Source: Diplonema japonicum
Lineage: Eukaryota > Protista > Euglenozoa: Diplonemea
Reading direction: 5' to 3'
Assembly (NCBI GenBank): GCA_964019335.1
Contig: OZ025720.1
Coordinates: 1-64,000, forward strand
DNA length: 64,000 nucleotides
Positions 10,777 through 23,763 of the stretch are shown here, piece after piece. Below the pieces are notes generated by a model. The model had not been told where the DNA came from and did no database searches. It was given only the letters and a program-made list of their open reading frames with translations. The position numbers were made by a program, and so were the translations under genes. Numbering within the stretch: position 1 is the stretch's first letter; every line of letters starts with the position of its first letter.

Positions 10777-10947
10777 TTAATGTCTAGAAGTAGTCAGGGG
10801 CTCCTCAGCGACGCCCGTGACCAGCGGGTACAGTACCACTCCGTGTGCTGCCGCGATCATAGATCCGTAAATTATAACATTGTTATCAAGCATCACCCCC
10901 ATGCACAGGGCAGCAATAGTCAAAGCTATTGCAAATAACAGATTCAT
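10777..10947 (-). CDS. 56-aa two-helix membrane microprotein (not in the ORF track)
   Basis: MNLLFAIALTIAALCMGVMLDNNVIIYGSMIAAAHGVVLYPLVTGVAEEPLTTSRH*. It is preceded by a pyrimidine tract plus CAG and fills the gap between two genes. Confidence 0.6.
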   Translation of the reverse strand: MNLLFAIALTIAALCMGVMLDNNVIIYGSMIAAAHGVVLYPLVTGVAEEPLTTSRH

Positions 10948-10988
10948 ATTTGCTGTAATGCATGAGAGAAAAGTACGAAGAACAAGAA

Positions 10989-13900
10989 CTAGGCAATATC
11001 AGTCGTGTCACAGTTCCGAACGGCGTACAGCAGCTGCCTTCTCATCGTCTCGATGCTGCAATAATGTATTGAGAGGTGGTATGTACATACCTAGAGTACG
11101 GGGGCAAGCAAATTAAGGAGCTGCACGTGTGTGCTTCAGGCAGTCCATCCCTCGGTTCGTCGATGCTATCTATTGACAAGGAAGCTGCTTTACCCAAAGG
11201 TAGCCTGGGCCTTCCGGTAACAAATCTCAAGAAGGCTTGCAGGTCAGCTTGTGTGAATGATTTCACAGACATCCAGAAATTGTCAACAACATTACTATTC
11301 TTGAGCTGCTTTCCATAGTGTGCATGTTGCATGAGCATTGCAACATCGATTTCCCTTTGGCCGCACACCCGCTCCTCAAGGTCCGAAGCGGTCAAAACTG
11401 TGAGTACAGCTCTGGGCAACACCTGCAGCATGCCTTCCTTCATGCTTTCAACCTGTTTCTTGCCTTCCGTCTGCTTATATTTTCGTGCCAGGTCAACGTA
11501 CATGCCCTTATTATCCAATGTAACCTTTTTGTGCCTCCCATCAGGGACCAACTCCACAGAGGAGTCTCCAGGGACATCAATGCTAAAAGTTAAGCAGAGG
11601 GCGTCGAAGGATTCGGCACTGTATGTGACAGGATTAATGCTCTCTATCCACTCCAGTGTTTTAAAAAACTGCTCATTGTCTGCCTTCACATCGACAGGCT
11701 CACCAGTGAGTTGCCGCCAGATGCTTGAATGAAGGTCCAGAGCAAGGAGGTCGTCGCTGCGTACACAAACGGCCATTAGCTGTGGCGGATTGCTGTGTGA
11801 TCTAGTGCATACCCTTCCCAGACACCGCAGCATAGCGTGGTCGGCCGCAGAGTTGTTCATGGGACTTATGACGCATCCATCGGCCTGCTTCGTGAAGAGT
11901 GACATGCTGTGCATAAGCTCCGATGCGATGGCAGCAAGGGCGTCGCGGAAGATACCTCCTTGGTCGATGCCTGCCTCCCCGACAAATGCAACTCTAAAGG
12001 GGGGGTGCCTTGTCGCCATCAACATAGGTGGGTGGTCATCAAGCTGCAGGTGCAGCTGCCCCAGCAGTGTATCCTGCACCCCTGCGTCGGGTCGCTTAGC
12101 ACTATGCCTGTCCAACCTCACTTGAATGGGCTGTTGCGGCTCCTTGGGTGCCGTCAGGAAGTTTTCCAACACGTAGTCTTTGGTTGTTTTAAGGAACATG
12201 CATTTCAATCTGTTGAAGTGATTTGACCTTCTTGTCATTTTCATACTTGTTAACAGCCATTGCAATGAAACTCTCTTCCGGGGGAGCGTCAAGCCCCAGA
12301 CATGGCAGCGCAGGGAGAAGCACGCCGTAGTTTAGCGCAAGCACGACGTTACTGTACCTGCTGTCTTCATGCTTCTTCTTTCCATCCAACTGAGTTACAA
12401 CCGTTTTCAACATGCTTATCATAATAGGAGGAAGGTCCCCAGGGGAGAGAGCTGGAGGTCCATTGCTGTAGGCATCCTCGATCCGTGCTTGTGTGCTCAT
12501 CGATATCAAATCAAGAGGGCTGTTACCCATATCAGTGGAATCATCAACTTCAACAGCCCAGACAGCTGGGATGGAGAGCCCCTTCTCAAGGCACTCAGCC
12601 AGATGGGAAAGCGCACAGTACAGCTGTGAACGGTTACAAATAACTCTTAAACACATACAGCAAAGGGTATCCCATGTTCTCGGCTGCCTTCTGGGACTAC
12701 CTTGCATATGGTGGCGCTCTGCATATCAACCGCCAGCATGTGGTCCGCGATCTGTGTGAAGCACGGTTCAAGGACGGCCTTGTAAACATACTATGGTGTA
12801 CATGTTCCCAGCCTTGCTCGTACACTCGTACCACCTTGGGACATTGTGCGTGTTGCTCTTACACGAAGCCACTATTGTCCGAATGTCATTGCTGGTACTA
12901 ACACTTAGCTGTAGTTAAGTGTGGTTTGAGGTTTGCAGCACAGCATACCTGATCTAATCCTTTGGGCGTTTTCAGGGAGAGTGGAGTGTCACGCTGCTCC
13001 GCCTTGTGCGAGCTGTTGGTAAGGATGTCACTGACATCGTTGTACTTTCCGAAATCCTGCCGCTGTGACGAAGTGCTGGCCATCTCCAAGTGCGGCCGCA
13101 CTCTGTTCGATGCCTTAGGTACCCACTCGTCGTGAACTGAAGGAAGGCCTTTGCAGGTTACGTACACTGTACCTTCACGTATGGCCAAGACAACGGCTTC
13201 ATACCATTTCCCTGACTTGTCCATCTTATCCACAAGCTTCCCCATGTACCACTTGCACCTTGTGTCCATATTGCGTGGCACGATCACATCATCGATGCAG
13301 TAGTTCCGTTCTAGCAGTAACGATCTTACCAGGTACAGGACCTCCGCCTCCGCTAGAGCAACCTTTGAAAACTGCTTATTGAACAGCACTAACTCACTGG
13401 AAGGTGTCAGAATTGTCATGTGCTCTTCGCAGTGGTATCTGATAGCACCGAAGCACCGCCAGTTCGTTGCAATACTACCCTTGTGGCCGCAGCTGAGCAG
13501 ACGCGACAGACAGCGGATGATCCGCAGCCTTTTGGACCTGTGGCAGTGCATGTGGATAGCCCACGAGAAACTTGCAAGGATGTCCTCATTCTCGATGAGT
13601 AAGTGCGGCTTGCTGTTTATGAGAATCTCTAATAACTGCAGTGACAGCTCGAACCTTGGCGTTGCGTACTTTGTGCCTTGAGATGCAGTAGGTGAAACCA
13701 AGAAAGCAAAGGTGTCGAGAGCCAATGACACAATGTTGCTTTCGTCTTGGCTGTCAATGATGCCATTCACAAGGTTTTTCACGGGGTACCACTCCTCTTG
13801 CTCAGACGTGGCGTTCAACGTGATGGTGTCCAACATCAGTAGGAGTTCCTCGTAGTTGTCGATTCTGTTATACTCATAAGCAGACCGCAACTTCACCAGT

Positions 13901-16900
13901 AGGCACCTCGCGGCGCTGATGGTTCCAGCTTCTAACCACAGCAAACACCAAGACCATGTGCAACCGCTGTCACGCAGTTTGGCCTGTGCAGGTTCTTCGC
14001 TGTCAGAGCACAGCTCTTGCAGATATAGCGTGATGGCCTCCTTTTCAGGCTCTTCCACCAATACTTCCGCCTCGTCATCTTGATTGACACTTTCTGGCCT
14101 TTCATGCTCGTTTTCGTGGATATCACTGACCCGCTCAGAACTCTCGCGCACCAAGGGCAGCTGCCCAAATGTTGTCGCCACCACAGTAAGATCTAAAGAC
14201 CTCACGCTAACGGTATCGGGTGCTTCAGGTTCAACTTTCATCGGCTTCTGTACTTCCCAGTTCTGTTCCTCCAAGTGTCTAATGCACATGTCCTTCTTAC
14301 TACAGAGTTGTGGGAGTGTCATACCCACAGACAAGGGTTTGGAAGCCAGAGCAAGGACATCCTCAAGGGACCTATCAGGCCAGTTATTGCTTACAAGGGT
14401 GGTTGCAGCTGTAACGCTCGTTTGAAGCAGAGCAGCGAGCAAACAAGCACTTGGAAGCAACGCCTCTGTTTCTTTGGATGGTATCTTGTATTCGTCCTTG
14501 CCATGGCTTAGGAGTGAGTTGATACCGAGGGAGTCACCAGTAAGACCAGCCTTCTTGAACTCGGGAATAGACTTAATCAGGTCGTAGCAAAGGAACAAAG
14601 CAGCATCTGCAGCTGCTGCGCACGCAAGTGGGGGCGACGGGTCGTATGGCGTGACTGAGTCGCGATTGACCTCCAATTCACGCTCCCGGCCACTGTCACA
14701 GAGCACCACACGAAGGTGCTGCTCGTCACTCATGTCACGTACAATACACTTTTGCGATGTACCATACGAAGGTTTATAAATACAACGCGTTCCACGTGTT
14801 AATGGAAGGGTGCTGCACCCGAGCACTGTCAGAGCTGTGAACGTAGCGATGAGCTTTGTTCCGTTGTTCCTTGCATCCGCCCTGAGAGACTCTAAATTAC
14901 GTGGCGACCTGTGTAAGGCGGTCAACAGTGGTGTCTCCAGATACGGTGCCCACGCTTCTGAAGCACCTAACCCACGCAGCAGGCGTATGCACAGCAATGC
15001 TATCGCACTTGTGTCGCTTGTCTTGTTTACAAACGGTGCACCTTCTGAAGCACCTCTTATGAGGAGCTGTATTGTCGAGTTAAGTAGTAGCGATGCGCTC
15101 AGTGCGTCATAAGCGGAACTAGCATTCATGCCGTCTTCCTGTTGAAGGTCTTCAATGTGTATGATGGCTAGGTCGGGTAGCTTTGCTTCCGGACTGTGTG
15201 CCAACTGGTGCTGCGGGCCTACTCTCGTCAGGATAATGTATAGCACCTCTAGCACTGCTTCAGATGCACGGATCCCATCAGCCCAGCCACCCAGCGTCTT
15301 GATTAGCACGCCATACAGCACATCGCTCCACCCTGTCCGCGCCAGTTCTTCAATGGTTCTTGAGAGGCAACCTGGGCCAGCTGCTTTCAAGCAGTTATGA
15401 ATGACACCAATGAGCTTGAGGAGCCATGTATCGTGACCTTCGGTCAAACAGTTCAGCGCGTGATCTTTAAGCACTGTTAGGCATTGCTCTGTGAGGACGC
15501 ACGGTTCCTCCATTGCTACTTGCGTCCATTTCTTGAGAACAGCCCATGCCTGCTTACCAGCCTCACACCGAATGATCATGTGTCTGCTGCGATCTGTAGT
15601 CGACGCATGCACAGATCTGACATCAAACATCCATGTGTCAGGCGATATCAGCCACTGTACCTTGCAAGCATATTTCACCAGCACGCACGGCGTCAGGGAG
15701 CTCACGTGCACGGGCTCCATGAAGCCGAAAAACTCACCGTTCAAAGTGTAGAACAAGTAAGGCGTTCCATCAGACATGCAAACACCACATCCAACCACAT
15801 CGTTCAAGCGATACCTCGGGAGGACCATGAAACTGTCGCTGAACGTCTTCACCCCACCGTTGTTTTTATACAGATAGTGTTGCGAAAGAGGGTCTCCACA
15901 GAGTCCTATGCTAATCCCTTTCACAAGGCGGTGTGAACATTCAGTGAATTTGACCTCGAAGTACCATATGCGCTTGGCAGGCTCATTCTTGAAGTACCAT
16001 GGCTTCGTGAGCTGCACAACGCACTTCCCTTTCCGCACCTCGTGAGAGTTCCACAAGAAAGCACTCGAAACGCCCCTCCCGTCGTGCCGCACAGTTGCTT
16101 GCGTCCCGTCGACACTAAGGTGCCAACTGTCCACGTCTTCCACTTTGATCATCTTCGGCGACACAGACTGGCCGGGGATGTAGAACAACTTGTCCTCAAG
16201 AAACAGATTGGAAGCTACCGAACTGGACAAACACGCCTCCTGCAGAAGCGACACTGCAGGGATTGTTCCAGATAGGAAGGGGATGTCTTCCGCCGACCAG
16301 TTTAGGGATAATACACTCAATACCAGAGCCTTCACGGGGGCGGAGTCAATATCAGCTGCCACACTCAGCAAGTCTTGAACCAAGTTATATATGTCCTGCC
16401 TCACAGCCTTCATCAACACATCGCCACTACAAGTAATGCCTTCTGAGAATGGTGCATTTTCAAGTGCTTCCGTCAGTGTGTCTGTGACTGCTTGCAGCAT
16501 GAAGCACCCTCCTTCTAAAGACACGTTTCTTGTCCAGAGTGCCGCCTCAGCTTGCAGCTGCCGAAGACTGTATAAACCCCGCGACCTGCACCTTGCTTTC
16601 TCCCGTTGCTTCAGCAGCATGTTGGTGATGCTCTCGATGCTCTGTTCGCTGAAAACAAAGCTAATTATCTTAGTCAATACCACGTCAAAAGTCACGCTCG
16701 TGTGTGATGGTATAGGAGACATGGAGTGCAGCAGGAATTCTGTCTTTCGCGTGACATCAGCAATTCCTTGGATGCTGAGGGACTGGATCTTCAGCCTCAT
16801 GTTAATGAGGTAGTTTAACGCCGACCACGTCACTGAGCTGACAGTGTAACTGCACAAATGCTTCGCAGCGCAGAAAATAATGCGCAAGATAAGCTCTGTC

Positions 16901-19900
16901 TCCCCGTCACCCGAGGGAAGGGAATGTGAACGGAGGAAGGAGCGCCATTCTACTGAAGATATAACTTCCGCCTGCCTTTGTGATTGTGCATCTGTGGAAG
17001 GTACTGCCTGTTGCCTTTTCGTGCCTTGGCTAACTTCTAAGTACTTGTGGAGACCGCCCCTAAATACTAAGTTATCAGGACAGCCTTCTTCGATCCCTGC
17101 CTTAATCATGACCTTTGCAATAGAGGCAGAAGCGTGTGTAAGTGCTAACATCACGTCGTGAAGCCAACCGAGCACAAACCTCGGCCTTGATGTCACAGCT
17201 TTTGCAGTGAACGCGTACCCCCACCCTGTGCGGGCTAGCTCGTTGGGTCTGCTTCCAAAGCCCAGCGAACTGTTCCTTGTTGAGCCTTTAGCAAACACGT
17301 AAGCTGTATTTGCTGAAAGGTTGAGCTTCATCTGCGACAAGCTGTCCTTCAGAGTGCGCACATTGTAGGTCTTCTCAACAGGGTCTACGTACAGCACCAC
17401 CAGCTCATCGCGCGAGTCCAGCTTACTGCCGTTGTCGAAAGTGATCGTAAGCTTCGAAGTGCCTTCGATACACACCGTGTCACAAGCATCAAGACGGTAA
17501 GGGTGCGTGCTGGAATGCCCTTCACTGACGATCTTCACTTTCTCTGCTACTTCCGCTATGAAAGCCCCACACATACCCAACCCCACAGCTGAGAGCTTCT
17601 CCCTGAACACATTAATCTTTGTTCTCAGTAGCGATAACGTATGCTGAACTTCTATCGAGTCTGTGCTGAAAGGGTCCGCTTCGATGAGCAGTATCAGAAG
17701 CACTGCCTCTCTCAATGCTTGGCCTGTGAGGCCGTCTGCAAGCTTGGCAGTAACAGCGACACCGCTAGACGTGTCGATCACAGTGGAGGCTGCCTTTTCG
17801 AAAACGCAAGCAGCGGCCCGTAAGAGGACTCGTGTCCACTCCGTAAAGGCAACAGTGTCTTTGGTGTCATGGGCATGCACTGCTATTGCTATTTGAAAAG
17901 CTCTCAGGTGTTCCAGAATAGGCTGAACATTAGGTGTTGCGCTCTCAGTAATGTGTGCCTCCAGTCCTTTCGTACATAGAGCTACTAGTTCAGAGGCGTA
18001 ACTTCCAATCCCCGTCTGCGACAGGAGATGCTTCAACACTGCAGCTGCTTGCACGCCGGTCTTGCAATGAGCAGCCAGCTCCGGAGTCAAAGGGGAACTT
18101 TCAAGAAGGCAGCTGACTAAAGCAGCACTTCTTTGATGTTCAGTTTTGAAGACTAGCCCCACACAAGTGTTGATGCAGTCCTTTACAAGTTCTCCAACCG
18201 GGAGCAGTGAGTCGCTGAAAGATTCTCTTACTGAAGCCAAAGTGGACAACAGGCAGGTTTGGATGCCTTCAGGCAGCACGACATCATTACAAGGAAGGCG
18301 CAATTCCCTCTGCGATACATTTACCGTGGCTGCTTTGAGGAGCACTAAGCAGGAATAGGCATCTGTTTCTGTCTCGGCTTTGACAAGAAATTCAGATAAG
18401 AGTGCGATCGATCCCCCTATTGATTTGGTAGTATTTTCCCATGGCGTGCGGCCAAGAAGCGACAGTAAAGCAAGATAGCGCAGCATCTGCCACGACAGAT
18501 CACCGCAAGTTCCCCTGGCACAACTCATATCCCGCAGCACTGATTTTGGTAATACGTGCTGCTGCGATGTGACAGTGGAGAGAACAGCTGTCCTGTTGCA
18601 AACATGCAAAAACTCAGAACCTTGCAACGACGTGACACCCTCTGGGATGCTTGAGTAACCCTCAGATACTAAACAGCCTGACATGTCGTACTCGGATGCC
18701 ACTTGGCGGTAAAAAAAAGGTTGCAAGATGCACAGCCTACCTTCCGTGTATACAACCGATGCTTTCGTGAAATCTGTAACTAGAGGAAAACGCCGCTGGC
18801 CATTTCGGAAGTGGTACTTTAGTGGAAGCTCTTCAGTAGCAGGGCACGCCACCCACTCACCACCTTTGTACAAAGTGTCATCGACAGGCTTCAGGTGGAG
18901 CCCGTTAGGACCACTGTCAAAAAGGCGGATGCCCATCCCCTCGCTAACCTGCCAATGTGCCCACAGCAAGGGGTACACAGGAGAGACGGGAAGGGCTTGC
19001 TCCATTCCTGCCACGATTTCATGCTGCGTTCTTGCATGCTTCCACACTCTCACTTCTCTCATGCTCCCGTGTAGCTCGTACCCTAGTACTACATTGTACC
19101 CAGAGAGCTTTGGCCGTGCTGACAAGTCGTTGGTTCTCCGCTCCCTGTCGGAGAACAGATCGCTGTACCTGTTGCTGTCCTCCTGTGCTGCGTCAGCTGC
19201 AATATTCGTCTCGGTTTTCACTCCATTGATGTAGACGCTTGTTGCGAGGCCATCGTAGGCAACAGCGATATGTACCCATTCCGCAAGAGCGGCCCTGCTA
19301 TCCAGTCTGCCTACTGTACCGTCAGCTCCTTGCCCGCCTCCCCCTTTCCACCCGCCTGCTACATAGCTGCATCCGTTAGTCCCATTCCCTGATCCCACAG
19401 TAACATGAAAGTGCACTGCTTGTGATCCTATGAAAATCAGGGTTGTGTTGTGCAAGGATCTGAATCTCACCCATGCTTCGAAGGTGATAGGTGACGAGGG
19501 AACGAGCGACGGTACTTTTGCCTCTGCGGATGTCATGCCACCTTCGAAATCAAAAATCTTCCGTGAAACACGCGACTCTTGGTATAAATCGCACTTAGCG
19601 CTGGCGGCAAGTGTGGAAGTCTGGACAGTGTAGCAGCACACAGTAGGGTCGCAGGTGTTCTGTTTGAGAATATGCCGCCTGCTAGCAGCATCCAGGGCGG
19701 CCGGTAGGTGTTCCAGCAAGCCTGCGGATATACTCCTCCCTGTCTCATTCTCTTGCAATCTGTGCTGCACGTCATCAGCGATGAGGTCGAAGGGCACGTT
19801 TCGCATCTGCATCGTCTCCATGATGCCATCGATGTCGGGGATGTGGTCCTCTAGAATGGAGAGGAGCGTAGTGACGTTTGCATCTTCTTCGGCCTTCAAA

Positions 19901-20907
19901 ACAGACCCAAGAGAGGACGTGACTAGCAGCAAACTTTGTCCGTCGGTCGTGAGGTGTACATGGCCATGTGCAGGGGGCGCCTCAACTCCCGCTGGCCAGT
20001 TGACGCTCGTTAGCTCCACTGTGCCGTCGCCTATAGAAGCCTTTGCAAGTTTCCACGTGTCACCCATCCCCACTACGTACAGCACGCCACTAACATACGC
20101 CACCGATGTGAAGTATTTCATTGGGTTCACAACTTCCAATAGCGTTCCTTCGCTACTCCCATGTATCTCCCAGAACGAATTCTTTCCTACCGCGTAGCAC
20201 ACTTGCAGTTCATGCACACGCGTAATGTCGATAACGTCTTCTTCCTGTTTGATGTACTGCTGCACCCGTGCTCCTTCGTACGACACATCCACCAAGGCAG
20301 TTCCTGCCAACGCTGCATCGAGGTCCTGGGTGATCGGGTCCAGCACAGCACTCAGATCAATGTCGTGCAGAGCTGTTTGCTGGACGTCTGCCACGATGCG
20401 CAGCGCGTCAGGCAAGCTGTCCTTTGCGAATGCTATTCTTACTAACGTGGAGAGCACTATCACAGGGTTAGGGTATGATGTGATGCAGCGGTGCAGGAAA
20501 GTGCACACTGCAGCAGAGAGAGTGCTTTTGTTAAGAATGGTGGAAGAGGTGAATGGGGGGATCAAAGACAGCAGCGCATTGAGCGGCTCGAGGATAGCGT
20601 CAAAGGCGGCTGTGTTGCCTATGGACATGGCCAACATAATCACAGAGGTGATACTCAGGACGCTTGCCTGAAGGCTGGGATCGGTCACTGTGTGTGTAGG
20701 GGCGTCTTCTTGGGTACGCACAAGGGGAGTTGGCACCTCTTGAGGCGCTGTGCGGCAGCTATTCATTTCTTTCTTCAAACCTTCCAGCCGCTTCACCAGC
20801 ATCACATTATACTCGAGGCCTACACCCGTGGTTCCTACCTTGCTCGTACTTTCCTCTATCGGCTCCAACTCGCATTCCAACCCATTCCCCCACAGTGCCC
20901 CCTGCAT
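10989..20907 (-). CDS. Giant HECT E3 ubiquitin ligase (~3,230 aa) with LamG-like, SPRY and Tudor/MBT-like domains; introns 12909-12948, 12752-12791, 12624-12658, 12210-12246, 11780-11812, 11056-11090
   Basis: LamG (FEAWVR..WVHIAVAYDG..VYING..GSMREVRVW), SPRY (WYFEVKF..NDVVGCGV..FYTLNGE), Tudor-like (GKWYEAVV..HDEWVP) and HECT (FVGEAGIDQGGIFRD..LRFVTG..LPEAHTC..LPPYSS..LLYAV). Six introns join three ORFs into one frame of 9,699 nt. Confidence 0.9.
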
Positions 20908-22134
20908 CTTGCTCAATACATCTGTCTGAATTAAGATCTCGGAAGCAGTAGACTATACGAAAAAAGGAGAAAGAGATACTCGGAGGGGGTCCGTGCATGA
21001 CACATAACACAGTTGAACAAAAAGAAATCGTTACGTGCCAGATTTACCTACCGCTTGGTCTGTCAGTAAAGCTTGAAAAACAGGTATTTTTTGGGATATT
21101 GCCCTTAATCAGGGCACGCCCGACTCTCAAAGACAGATGGCGGGCTCTCCGCTGTACCTGGAATTCTCTCGAAGAGGCATTTGAAACAATCCGGTGGTTT
21201 CTTTTATTGTAAGTAATAGAAGTCACACGAAAAACCAGTGCCAGATAAATAATGGTAAAAAATAATTGCGTGGCATGTGGTTCACACATCCCTCGCCGTT
21301 GTAACCTTTTGGGCGGGGATGAGAACATAGCAAAAAAACAAACAAACAGAAGCAAAAACCACCACCACGATAAAGAAGAGAGTTAGCAATGATGCACTTT
21401 AAAAAAGAATGCTCTATTTCCCCTACTGAATAATTCGAGAGGATTAGACTGGCTTGCAGCAGCCCACTACTACTTCAAAAGGTTTTTAAAGTCTTATTTT
21501 AGGTTTCATTCTTTTTCTTGTCACTTAGCCTTGATTTGTTAAAAAAGAAAAGTAAAAGAGGGGGGGAGAAAAGGGAAAGCCGAGCTAAAAGCAGCACCCC
21601 TTAGGTGCCGTGCGGGAAAGAAAGAGAAAAGTTAATTTAAGGTAAGGAGGCCAGTGTTAGTGGCCCCCTGTAAAAAAAAGATAAAAGCAGTGAACAGGGA
21701 TGCTCATTATTCATGACGAAACTCACTACTGTCTGATGCGGGGCTTTGCCAAGGATGGATACACCTGACGAGAACATGTAGAAGGTTCAGCTCGGGGAAA
21801 GAGCCTAAGTGGTCATAGAGATCACCTCGCTCTGATAGCAGAGCTATCGTGCTGCTTTTTCTTACTTTATTTTTGCTGCAGCATTTAGTTGAGTGGCCTT
21901 CAAACAAAGAAAAAAAAATGGCCATACTTTTCCAAAACTATGACAAAATAATAGAAACATTACATAACTCAGAAACATCTATCCGGTTCTCCTCCCTTTT
22001 TTATTTTCGTTCTATTAAAATCTCCATATGGGATTCTCTGTGTTTGCTTGGATTATTGTTCGGGAAGGCATTGAGGGAAACAGGTCATATCGTCACGCTA
22101 TTCAGAAGCATGGAGCACTGGCGCTGCTTACTCT

Positions 22135-23687
22135 TCACGCAGCAGTACCATAGTTGGTGATCGGGCCGGGTGCCTGAGGGTAGTACGTGTGTGGCTGTGT
22201 CTGTGGGTGTGTGTAAGTGAGAAGTGCAGCAGTCATACTGGTTGGGCGTGTCCCACTTCTGCGTAAGGAGGCTTGTAACCAAACCGCTTCTGCCCTAGCA
22301 GCAGAACAAATGATAGTGCAATAGCAAGGATCAGGATGCCCATGGTGAGTGCCCACGAATCCACGGCACCATCCTTTAGAGTGTTGCAGACAGGGCTTTC
22401 GATGGTGTCGACGAACTGCGTCAAGATACTGCAGTTGGCAACAGGGTATACGTGTGTCGTGATATTGTTAAACGAGGGTACATAAGTAGTGATGTTGCCC
22501 ACGATCTGCTGGCTGGCTGTTCTGATGCTGCCTGCAGCACAGGTGGTCGCACACATTCTCACAGTGCACTGTGCAGGTGTACTCCCACATGTTGCGTAGG
22601 CAGGGTCTGCTGTGTCTACTGGAGACGAATTGTCCAAAATGAGCTCAATGGTATCGAACGCTTTCGGGGAGCATGACAAGGGGCAGTTGTACAGCCCATT
22701 GCATGCGGCATCGCACACCCTGTTTGTGAACGCTGTCTTTGTCTGCTCCGTGTTCGTGATCATCTCGACCAGCCCGGTGGTCGCACCTGGGTTGCACCCC
22801 AGCTTGCTCTCAATCCTGTCCTGCAGATACCCTGTCGTTGTGTTGTAGTTATCGCAGACGTCGGTCATCACCACCCCGCTGACCTGGTACACTACGACGA
22901 CGATGCAGAACAGCAAGCCGGCCATAGACAGCATGCTCATCGCAATGCTGGGAAGGCAAGTTTTGATGTTGCACAGTGCGACTATGCTGCTTATTATGAA
23001 CACGAAAAGCATCGCGCAGCAAATGCCGATCGTGACATAGTGCCTCGAGTACCACTTCTTGTGGTCGTAGTTGTACATGTCGTTCACGCCGTCTGTGATG
23101 TCTTCTGTCTGGTTCTTTGCCGTCCACGCCGCATCTTGGATCTCCTGCCTGACAGCGTCTGAGGTGTCCAAAGGGCTGAGCGCGTTGTACTCTATGACGA
23201 TGGTGTCGGCTGCGGTGTCGATCTGCTTCGCAAAATTGTCTATGTCTTCACCAAGGTCTTCCACACCGTCCTTCAGGTCCCTTGATCTCACGAGGATTAC
23301 GATGGTCAAGCCTGCTATCAACACTGTTCCGGCAAAGATGAATAGCTTCAAAGAGCAAGTCTCGCACGAGGAGTACCCAGAGTGGGGCTCGTTGCTTGGG
23401 CAGCAGCACCCTTCACTCGGCTTCTTCCCCCCACAGCAGTTGCAACACCTTCTTGCACATCGAATAACGGGCAAGATGATAAGGAAAAATAAGAGCCCTA
23501 TTGCAGCTGGCCATAGCGTCCACCCCACGGATTTGTAGTAGTCCTCGCACTGGCTGCTTATACTACCCGTACAAGAACTGTCCGACGTTTTGTTGAAACA
23601 CACGCATTCTTCCAGATCACCGTCTCTTGAAAACATATCACCAAACACACCTGTAGCACATAACAGGAACGCTACAAGAGTACGCAT
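22135..23687 (-). CDS. Signal peptide plus ~5-TM Cys-rich membrane protein with tweety/prominin-like topology; 1 intron (22201-22238)
   Basis: Signal peptide, TM-CCxCC-TM, helical ectodomain, TM pair, DVC motif, Cys-rich ectodomain and a final TM. The stop in the ORF track lies inside the GTATGA donor. Confidence 0.7.
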
Positions 23688-23763
23688 ATTTATTTACGTT
23701 TCACTTACCTAACATTACTATTGTACAGCAGTGATGCAAAAGGAGAAACACTAACGTAACGGT

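Noticed and set aside
21713-21800. Hammerhead ribozyme (CTGAnGA / GAAA words)
   Set aside because: The core motifs are not in the required order with closing stems.
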